The notes under the pieces were generated by a model. That model was not told the origin of the DNA. It did no database searches and saw only the letters and a list, made by a program, of their open reading frames with translations. Shown here in pieces: positions 54,938 through 63,206 of a stretch of DNA of 64,000 bases. The position numbers and the translations under genes are program-made. The first letter of the stretch is position 1. Each line of letters starts with the position of its first letter. The DNA is from an uncultured Chloroflexia bacterium (GTDB lineage: Bacteria > Chloroflexota > Limnocylindria > Limnocylindrales > CSP1-4): positions 147,095-211,094 of the forward strand of contig CAWBHP010000004.1 in NCBI GenBank assembly GCA_963788685.1, in the 5' to 3' direction.

Positions 54938-56350
54938 CTACTGGGTGGCGGCGTCGTATTCCGCCTGTGCTGCGTCGAGGCTGACCGTCGGGTCGACACC
55001 CTCGAAGACGGTCCGCTGGATGGCGTTCTTGATCGCCGTCTGGAGGGCGCCGTACGTCGTCGTCGCCGGCAGTGGCTTCGCGTTCTCCAGGTCGGCGATG
55101 AACGTGTCGAGTCCGACGAACGCCTGCGACTCGGGCGTATTGAACCAGTCCTTCTTCGGCTGCAGCTGGCCAGTCCGCTCCCACCACAGGTTGGCGTCCT
55201 TGATCAGGAAGTCGATGAAGTTCCACGCCGACGAACTTTTCGTCGGCCGTGGCGTTCTTGTTCACGCCGTAGTGGAAACCGTAGGCCATACCGCTGACCG
55301 GTCCGCTTGCCTTTAGGCAGCGGCGCTACCGTCACCCGCCCTTCGAGACCCGGATTTAGCGTCAGGGCGAACCTCAGCGCGTTCGGCCCACCGAAGGCCA
55401 TGACGTCCTGCTCGTCGGCGAAGTCCTGGTACGGCGACGGGCCGGTGTTGTTAGTGACGGCCGTATCGACCGCGTTCTTGGCCCAACTCTGCAGCGCCCG
55501 GACGGCTTCCGGCGTGTTGAGCTTGGCCTTGCCGCTCGCGTCGAGGATCTCGCCGCCTTCCTGGTAGACCATGCCGATGAACTGGCTGCCGAACCACTGG
55601 TCTCCGGACGTGTAGCGGAACTCGAAGCCCTTCTGGATGGTCTTGCCGCTGGCGTCGACCTTCTTCGAGCTTCGGCTGCAGCGCGGCGACCTCATCCCAC
55701 GTCGTCGGGATGTCGTCGGGGAGCTTGAGCCCCGCCTCGGTGAACTTGTCGTTGTTGACCAGCAGGCTGTACGCGTTGCGCTGGGCCGGCAGGACATTCA
55801 CGATTTCCGTCGCGCAGCAACGGATCGATGCTGCCCGGGATGTAGCGGTCGATGATTTCCTGCTGGCTCGTAGCGCACAGCGCCTCGGGGATGGCCGGCT
55901 CGAGGTAGCCCGGTCCGATGAACGTTTCCATCAGCGGCTCATAGAAGATGGCGACCGTCGGCGTCCCGACGCCTGCCGGGAATGCCACGAGCATCTTGGG
56001 AAAGCCATCGGTCGTCCCGGTCGGAACGTTGTCGACCTTCACATTCGGATGGAGCGCCTGGTACTCCGCGCGACTAGCTCCTTGCCGAGTTCCTGGGCCG
56101 TTGAGTCGGTACCGGTCCAGGCGGTGATGTTGACCTCGCCGGTCGGGAAGTTGGCCGGCTCGCATGGACCGGTCGCTTCGCCTGACGGTGACGCGGCGGG
56201 GCTGGCCCCGCCGGGCGAGGCCGCGACTGATGGCGGGGCCACCGATGGCGGCGCCGCAGATTGCGAGGCCGCGGGTCCGCACGCGGTCGTCATGAGGGAA
56301 AGCATCACGCCAAGCGCGGCGATAGCCCGGATCCTGCGGGGACCTGGCAT
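54938..56350 (-). pseudogene. ABC transporter substrate-binding lipoprotein with at least 5 frameshifts
   Basis: MPGPRRIRAIAALGVMLSLMTTACG (lipobox) follows a GGAGGAG SD. The protein can be followed through six frame segments (switches near 56070, 55810, 55670, 55300, 55235) to ...LDAAQAEYDAATQ, ending at stop 54938-54940. Confidence 0.65.
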
Positions 56351-56436
56351 CTCAAACTCCTCCAAGTTCGACCGCCGGTGAGGAGATCCCGGGCCAGCGC
56401 CTCTCGAGACTCGCCCCAACTCCGCGGTGCCAACCG

Positions 56437-56449
56437 ATTGTGCATTCTA
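56437..56449 (-). promoter_or_regulatory. 13-nt box TAGAAT-GCACAAT (minus-strand reading) upstream of the ABC operon
   Basis: Embedded in TTGT-N7-ACAA (56438-56452). The plus strand reads CATTCT-ACAATG towards the CitE-like gene. Confidence 0.5.
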
Positions 56450-56518
56450 CAATGCCGAGATGCAACCCATCCGCCCACGGTCAGGCAGCCGCCGCCGCAC
56501 TCGCCAGGAGGCACTCGC

Positions 56519-57400
56519 TTGAAACCGTATCGCTCGATCCTGTTCATTCCAGCCGACCGTCAGCGGATGCTCGACAAGGGCCCAACGACCGGCGCCGACG
56601 CTCTCGTGCTCGACCTCGAGGATGCGGTCGCGGTGCAGGCGAAGGACACCGCCCGACAGATGGCGCGCGACTACATCCCGGGTCTCGGCGGGATGCCGGT
56701 CTTCGTGCGACTGAATGCCGTGGCGACCGGCCTGACGCGGTCGGACCTGGACGCGGTTGTGGTTCCCGGCCTCGTGGGAGTGTTCCAGGCGAAGGCCGAG
56801 TCGGCCGAGGAAGTCGCCCAGCTCGCGACCTGGCTCGACGAATGCGAGGCATCGGCGGGCATCGAACAAGGGACGGTCGAGATCGTGTGCATGCTCGAGT
56901 CGGCGAACAGCGTTCGGCTCGGGTATGACATCGCGACGGCCTCGCCGCGCGTTGCCTCGGTCATCTGCGCGAGCGGCCAGAACGGCGACCTGCAAACAGA
57001 CCTGGCCTGTGACTGGTCGGTCGCGGGCACCGAGCTGCTCTACGCCCGTTCGAAGGTTCTCCTCGATGCCAGGGCGGCCGGCCTGCGCTACCCGCTCGAT
57101 GGCGTCTACGTCGACATCGACAACATCGATGGCCTCATCGCGGACACGACATTCGCGAAGCGCCTGGGGTACAAGGGTCGGACGATCATCCACCCGAAGC
57201 ATGTCGAGCACGTCAACCGCATCTTCACCCCACCGCCGGAGGAGGTCGACTACTACCGGGGCCTCCTCGCGGCGTTCGAGGAGGCCGAAGCCGACGGCCG
57301 GGCTTCCGTGACCTACGAGGGCAAGATGATCGACTACGCGATGGCCGTCCGGGCACGGCAAGTCATCGAGCTGGCCGAGCTGGTCGGGGCCGCCCGTTGA
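56519..57400 (+). CDS. HpcH/HpaI aldolase / citrate-lyase beta (CitE)-like acyl-CoA lyase
   Basis: TTG 56519 follows an AGGAGG SD. RSILFIPADRQRMLDKGPTTGADALVLDLEDAV...MLESA...RTIIHPKHV. Confidence 0.85.
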   Translation: MKPYRSILFIPADRQRMLDKGPTTGADALVLDLEDAVAVQAKDTARQMARDYIPGLGGMPVFVRLNAVATGLTRSDLDAVVVPGLVGVFQAKAESAEEVAQLATWLDECEASAGIEQGTVEIVCMLESANSVRLGYDIATASPRVASVICASGQNGDLQTDLACDWSVAGTELLYARSKVLLDARAAGLRYPLDGVYVDIDNIDGLIADTTFAKRLGYKGRTIIHPKHVEHVNRIFTPPPEEVDYYRGLLAAFEEAEADGRASVTYEGKMIDYAMAVRARQVIELAELVGAAR

Positions 57401-58092
57401 GTGAGCCCGGCGCCTGGATCGAGCTCTACGACCTGCCGGACGGCGGGCACGACGACTGGCGCTCGTGGTACGACACCACCTACCTTCAGCCGCGAGCCGC
57501 CATCCCGGGCGTTCTGGCAGCACGACGTGGGCGGGGTGTCGGCGACAGGATTCCGCAGCGGGTACCGGCCGCGGCACCGATGGAGATCGCCCTGTACGAC
57601 CTCGTCGACATCTCCGTGACTGACTCCGACGGTTGGCGAGCAGTCGGTCCCGACCCAGGGGGTGCGGCACCCGCGGGCGTCGCCGGCGGTGGCGAGGGTG
57701 CGTTGTTCAGGCTGTTGTTCTCCTCCGCATCGCCGTACGACCCACCGTCCGCAGCGATCCTGCATGGCGGCTTCTTCGAGGTGCCGGCCCGGCATCAGGA
57801 CGAGTTCAACGCCTGGTACGAGCTGGAACACGTGCAGGACCAGTTGAAGATCGGGGGCTACTTGAACGCCAGGCGACTCCAGGGGGTGATCGATACCGAC
57901 AGGTTCGTGGCGCTGTATGACGTGACTTCGATGGAGGCGACCGAATCCGCCTCGTCCTCTGCTGCCATGAGCTCGCCGTGGGGCAATCGCATCCGCCACA
58001 CGCTCGTCACGTCGCGCGCACGGCGGCTGTTCCGGGTCGAGCGCATGGAATTGTCCGGCTCCGCTGACGCGTCAGATGCCGGCCCCGGCTGA
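57397..58092 (+). CDS. hypothetical protein with two tandem ferredoxin-like (EthD/DUF4286-like) halves
   Basis: 231 aa. DDWRSWYDTTYLQPRAAIPGVLAARR in half 1 mirrors DEFNAWYELEHVQDQLKIGGYLNARR in half 2. TTGA overlap with citE-like and TGATG overlap with the amidase. Confidence 0.6.
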   Translation: MSEPGAWIELYDLPDGGHDDWRSWYDTTYLQPRAAIPGVLAARRGRGVGDRIPQRVPAAAPMEIALYDLVDISVTDSDGWRAVGPDPGGAAPAGVAGGGEGALFRLLFSSASPYDPPSAAILHGGFFEVPARHQDEFNAWYELEHVQDQLKIGGYLNARRLQGVIDTDRFVALYDVTSMEATESASSSAAMSSPWGNRIRHTLVTSRARRLFRVERMELSGSADASDAGPG

Positions 58093-59436
58093 TGTCCGAA
58101 CAGCCACGCGGAAGCGACATCGATCCGGCCGTTGGGTCGCTCGTCGACGTGATCAGGTCGATCCGTTCGAAACGGGTGAGCCCGCGCGAGGCCGTCGAGG
58201 AGCACCTCCGACGGCTGGAGGGTTGCGCTGACCTGAACGCTTTCCGGTGGGCCGATGCGGGCAGGGTCCTGGATTCGGTCGGGTCGGCTCCGCCCGATGA
58301 TCGGCCACTCTTCGGCGTGCCCGTGGCCCTCAAGGACAACATCGATACGGCCGGGATACCGACGACCTCGGGATCGATGGTCGACATCGACCGCGTGCCC
58401 GGGGAGGATGCGACCGTCTGGAGCCAATTGCGCGACTCCGGCGGTGCGGTCCTGATCGGCAAGGCGCACCTTTCCGAGTTCGCCTACCGGGCCCACCACC
58501 CGGTCCTCGGTCCGGTCCACAACCCGCACGACCGGACAAGGGCCACCGGAGGGTCCAGCTCGGGATCGGCGGCGGCCGTCGCGGCGGGGATCGTTCCGAT
58601 CAGCATCGGGACGGACAGCGGGGGATCGGTCCGGATCCCGGCGGCGTACTGTGGCATCGTCGGCTTTAAGGGCACGTTGGGCGCGATTTCGACGGCCGGC
58701 GTGGTTCCGCTGAGCACCTCGATGGACCACATCGGTGTGATGGCGCGGTCCGTGACAGATGTCGCGATCGCGTTTCAGGCGATGGCTCCAACCGCGCTGG
58801 ATCTCGTCGATCCCGTCACGCTGGCAATCGCCCCGGCCCGAAGGCGACCGCTGCGAGTCGGGATCGAGCTCGGCTATCTCGGGACAACAGGTGCCCAACG
58901 GGGGGTCGCGAACGCGTGGACCCGTGCGACCGCGGAACTCGAGTCGGCCGGCTCCACGCTCGTCGAAATCGGATTGCCGGACGCGCGAAGGTGGCGAGCA
59001 GCCCACAAGAAGATCCTCGTCTCCGAGGCATGGGACTTCCATCGAGCACGTCTGGAGGCAGGCGCTCCCTATGGTCCGGTCTTCTGGGAGGCGATCTCAG
59101 CGGGTGGCCAGATCAGCGCGAGGGATCGTGCTCGGGCCCACGCCACGCGACGCGCCGCGATCGAAGCTATGCGCGCGATCTTCGAGGACGTCGATGTGAT
59201 CCTGACACCGACCTGCCCCACGGTCGCGCCGGCGTTGGACGAGGGGATCAAGGGCACGGCGTATACGCGCTACACGACGCTCGCCGCGTTCACGGGCCTG
59301 CCGGCCGTCTCCCTGCCCGCGGGACGTGGCGATCGGGCGGCTGCCGGTCGGGGTCCAGTTCATCGGCCCTGCGGGAGGGGAGCGCGCCGTCCTCGGCGCG
59401 GCCGCCCTTCTCGAGGACCTGCTGGCTGCCGACTAG
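58092..59436 (+). pseudogene. amidase (amidase-signature family), paralogue 2; +1 frameshift at ~59320-59340
   Basis: KDNIDTAGIPTTSGS...GGSSSGSAAAVAAGIVPISIGTDSGGSVRIPA...LPAVSLPAG, then in the +1 frame GRLPVGVQFIGPAGGERAVLGAAALLEDLLAAD, ending at stop TAG 59434-59436. The 926-aa track ORF beyond this point is an artefact. Confidence 0.75.
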
Positions 59437-60410
59437 GACGCAGGAAGCCGGCTGGCCATGTTGCCGCGCAGGATCGCCTGGCGTTCTTCAGGGGTCAGGA
59501 CCGCGGACGATTCGATCCGATTCACCGCGTCGATGACCACCATCGGGGCCGGCCAGTCAGTCCCGAACACGACGCGGTCGATGCCGACCGTGTCGATCAG
59601 GAACCGCAGGTTGCGGTCCGAATAGGTGACGGTGTCGTAAAGGAACCGGCCAACATAGGTACTCGGCCGGTCGACCGTCTTGCCGCGCGCATCCGGCCAC
59701 ATCTCCCAGCCCTTGTCCATGCGGTCGATGGCATACGGGACGTACCCGCCGGCATGGCCGAGGCAGATCGTCAGGCCCGGGTACTTGTCCATGACGCCGC
59801 CATAGACGAGGCTCCCGAATGTCACGGCGCGATCGACGAGGTTGCCGACCGTGTTCAGGAGGAAGTACTTCTTCGTTCGATAGGTGACGGACGTCGGCGC
59901 TCCCTGGTGGACGAGGATGAATGCGCCAAGGGCCTCGGCCGCCTCCCAGAACGGGTCGAAGACCGGATGATCGTAGAGCAGTCCGTTCACGTGATCGTCG
60001 ATCATGAAGCCCGCCAGCCCGAGCTGGCGCATGCCCCGATCCATCTCGGCGACGGCACGATCGGTGTCCTGGAGGGGGAGGGTGCCCAGGCCGACGAACC
60101 GGCCGGGATGATCGCGCGCCATCTCGGCGACCTCGTCGTTGCATTCGGCGGCGATGAGCGCGGTGACGGCCGGATCCTGGTGGTATTGGTAGAAGCAGTC
60201 GGTGGGCGATACGAGCTGGACGTCAACCCCGATCGCGTCCATGTCCTCCAGCCGGCGATCCGGTTCCCAGCGGTTCTTGAGGTTGTCGAGCTCGCCGTCG
60301 GCCGGCGTCATGCCGTGCCAGAACGACCCGGCCTGGATCGCCCGCTGGAACCGCAATGGCGTGACGTGGGCATGGACATCGACCACTTTCGAGCCGTCCG
60401 ACGGATTCAT
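59433..60410 (-). CDS. amidohydrolase_2 (ACMSD-like) family protein, paralogue 2
   Basis: ATG 60410 follows a GGGAGAG SD. MNPSDGSKVVDVHAHVTPLRF...GLGTLPLQD...LVHQ...CLGHAGGY...GTDWPAP. Close paralogue of 47582-48631. Confidence 0.85.
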   Translation of the reverse strand: MNPSDGSKVVDVHAHVTPLRFQRAIQAGSFWHGMTPADGELDNLKNRWEPDRRLEDMDAIGVDVQLVSPTDCFYQYHQDPAVTALIAAECNDEVAEMARDHPGRFVGLGTLPLQDTDRAVAEMDRGMRQLGLAGFMIDDHVNGLLYDHPVFDPFWEAAEALGAFILVHQGAPTSVTYRTKKYFLLNTVGNLVDRAVTFGSLVYGGVMDKYPGLTICLGHAGGYVPYAIDRMDKGWEMWPDARGKTVDRPSTYVGRFLYDTVTYSDRNLRFLIDTVGIDRVVFGTDWPAPMVVIDAVNRIESSAVLTPEERQAILRGNMASRLPAS

Positions 60411-61448
60411 CTCTCCCTGGCTAGCTGTGACGCCTTGTGTGTGAGCAGGCAGGCGAAGCAATCGAGCGGCGTTGAGGCCGAGCATGCCGCGCCGGTCGGC
60501 GTCGGAGATGCCGGTCAGGCCCTCGATCCGGCCGACCGGATCCGGTTCGCCCATGTCGAATGGATAGTCGGTGCCCATGAGGACATGGTCCGCTCCGACG
60601 AGGCCGACAAGGGCCTGCAGGCCCGAACCGAACACGACGCTGTCGAAGTAGACCTGCCTGAGGTAGGTGCTGGGCTTGCGCTGGATCAGCGAGCTGACAT
60701 CGGTCCTCGCGTCGTAGGCGTGGTCCATCCGGTCCATGTAGAACGGCAGGTAACCGCCGCCGTGGACGGCCACGATCTTCAGATCGGGGTGCCGCTCCAG
60801 AACCCCGGACAGGACAGGCGGCTCAGCGCGACCGTCGTCTCGAGGGGGTTGCCAACGACGTTGATGAGGTAGTAGCGCGTGAGCCGCTGCCCATCCGAGA
60901 ACCCGTTCGGGTGGAGGATGACCGACAATGTCGAGCTCCTCGACCCGCCGCCAGAACGGGTCGTAGCATCGGCTCGTCGTAGTCGACGCCCTCGGCACTC
61001 GGGTTGATCGCTACGCCTCGAAACCCGTGACGCGCGACCACCCGCTCGAGCTCTGCCACGGCCCGGGTCCGGGGCCTGCATCGGCAGGGTTCCCACGCCG
61101 ATCAGCCGATCGCGGATAACGCTCCACGAGGGCCGAGATTGCGTCGTTCTGGATCCGCGCCACCTCGGCCCCGAGGTCCGGCCCGGCCCAGTAGTGGTAC
61201 TGAGGTGGCGCGATCGAAACGACCTGTAAGTCGACGCCCTGGCGGTCCATCCGCTCCAGCCGGCGGGCTGGATCGGTGAGCATCGGAAACAACTCCGAGG
61301 CGAGCCCGTCGTTGTACGCGGTGCTTACCCCGCCGAACCGAAGAAATGGATCGCTCGCCGGATCGAACTCGTCCCGGATGAGTTCGATCGCCTCCGGGAT
61401 GACGACGTGGGCATGGATATCGATCGTCAGCGTGTCGCGGGCCGTCAC
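60411..61448 (-). pseudogene. amidohydrolase_2 family protein, paralogue 3, with about 5 frameshifts and no stop before the next gene
   Basis: GTG 61448 (GTGA overlap with the CocE stop). TLTIDIHAHVVIPEA...VVSIAPPQY; GTLPMQAP; AELERVVARHGFRGVAINP; DPFWRRVEELDIV; ILHPNGF...NVVGNPLETT; LSGVLERHPDLKIVAVHGGGY...GTDYPFD...NAARLLRL. These pieces lie in alternating frames. Confidence 0.6.
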
Positions 61449-63164
61449 TTGGGAATGACCGGCACCAGCAGTCGAGCTTCGTGGGTCGGGCCGGTCCACA
61501 GCGTGACTCGACCGCCGAATGGCGCTCTCGGCCGGTCAATCGGGTCGTCGTGCAGGAACGGACCCGAGCCCGTCAGGGCATTCTTGAACGTCCCGAGCCG
61601 CGACTCCCCGGCGAGCTTCGGGTACACGTAGTCGGAGCCGCGAATGGTCAGAGCCAACCGATAGCCGGCGGGAATGACGATGCTCGTCGGCCAGATCTCG
61701 ACCTCGATCTCATAGACCTACCCGGGCTCAGCGGCTCGTGCTCATCGTGGGGGTGGAAGGGACGGTCACTCCGCGACGGGCCGGCGTCAAGCTTGCGATG
61801 GGATGCGCGGAGCCAGCCTTGGGCGATCGGGGTATGCGGGTCGAGGGCGCCCTGGAATGTCACCTCGTCGCCGCCCGGGGTAGAACAGCGCGAAGGACGG
61901 CGAAGATGTCGGCGTCCTCGGTTTCCGACGAGACGCACAGCCGAGCGGCGAGCGGCCCGGTGACCTCGGTCTCCGCCTCGACCGGCTCGGCCGGTGAAGT
62001 CAGACCGTCGCCGCGGGCGTCGAAGCCGACCTCCCTCTCCGCGGCGGGCGCGGGTCGCCGGCAGCGAGCGGCCGGCGGCGTCGAGATGGAGGCTGCGTCC
62101 AGGCCGTCCGTGCCAGCGGCCACTCGTACTCGAAACGCTCGACGAAGCCGTCGACATGGCGAACCTGGAGCAGGACCGGCGGCTCGTTCAGCCAGCCGTT
62201 GTCGACGCCCTTGAGGAAATGCTCGAAGAACCGTTTCTGGAGCGCGAGGCCGTAGTCGGTGTAGAACTCCGTCCAATGCTCGATGCCGTGCATCTCGAGC
62301 CACTTCTGTCCGTTGCGGCGGCCGCGGTGAAGCCTTCGACGTTGCCCCGGAGGTGGAGTCCGTGGCCGCCCCAGTTCCCGGCCGACAGGAAGGGCGCCCG
62401 CACGATCGGCCAATCGGGCTGAGCGCTCGCGATGGTACGAGTCATCGAGCGGGTGGGCGAGAATGTCAGCGCCCAGGTCGGACCGATTGGCCGCGCGAGT
62501 CGCCTCGGTCGAGAGTCTCCGAGCCCGCGACATGCTCGCCGGTGATGCGGATTGACGGGACTCCGATCGCCCAACGCCGTGTTGGATGGGCAGCACCTGC
62601 ATGTCGTACCAGTTCCGCCAGAACGTGCTGACCATCCCGCCGTGGTGGGTCATGTCGCGATACCAGTCCGCGGCGCCCTCCCACGGAATCATGGCCGTGA
62701 GATGGGGGCGGATTAGCCCGGCGACCAGCCAGGCGTTGATCGCGAAATAGGACACGCCGGACAGGCCGACCTTGCCAGTGCTCCACGGCTGGACCCCGGC
62801 CCACTCGATAGCCTCGTAGAGATCGCGGACTTCACGCGGCGAGAAGTGGTCAAGGTAGCCCGGCGATCGACCCGTACCGCGGGCGTCCACTCGTACGCAC
62901 ACGTAGCCTTCAGGCACCCACTTCTCCGGGATCGGGTACCTCCCAGTTCTGGTACGCCCCGGTCGATCCCTGGAGGACCTCCGGATGCAATTCGACGAGC
63001 CGTCGCCACTGGTCCGGATAGCCAACCTCGAACGGCAGGCCCTTGGCATATGGCCCGAGTCCCAGCAGAACCGGGTATCGATCATCGCCGGTTGGTCGAA
63101 AGACATCGGCTCGCAGGACGAGCCCATCGGACATCTCGATCTCGACGTCCCAATCGATGATCAC
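61445..63164 (-). pseudogene. CocE/NonD (X-Pro dipeptidyl-peptidase S15) family hydrolase with at least 7 frameshifts
   Basis: MIIDWDVEIEMSDGLVLRADVFRP...; VRVDARGTGRSPG...GLSGVSYFAINAW; ILAHPLDDSYHRERSA; APFLSAGNWGGHGLHLRGN; KWLEMHGIEHWTEFY...; PVEAETEVTGPLAARL; GDEVTFQGALDP...; LALTIRGSDY...VPVIPK. These pieces are spread over all three frames. Confidence 0.6.
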
Positions 63165-63206
63165 GCACGCCTCCCTTGGTTGGTATTTGCGGTTTGCCGC
63201 CAGCCC

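Noticed and set aside
59433-59436. Overlapping convergent stop codons (CTAG) of amidase 2 and amidohydrolase paralogue 2
   Set aside because: This is a trivial consequence of tight packing. CTAG reads as TAG on both strands.
59437-60872. Continuation of the 926-aa ORF 58092-60872 beyond the amidase
   Set aside because: The amidase's true C-terminus is in the +1 frame and ends at TAG 59434-59436. The remainder is antisense to well-supported amidohydrolase genes and has no domain features.
14077-61448. Stop-codon reassignment as an explanation for the three junctions without stops
   Set aside because: TGA, TAG and TAA all terminate well-supported genes in this window (for example TGA 28008-28010, TAG 2377-2379, TAA 24070-24072). 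Missing stops would in any case not result from reassignment.
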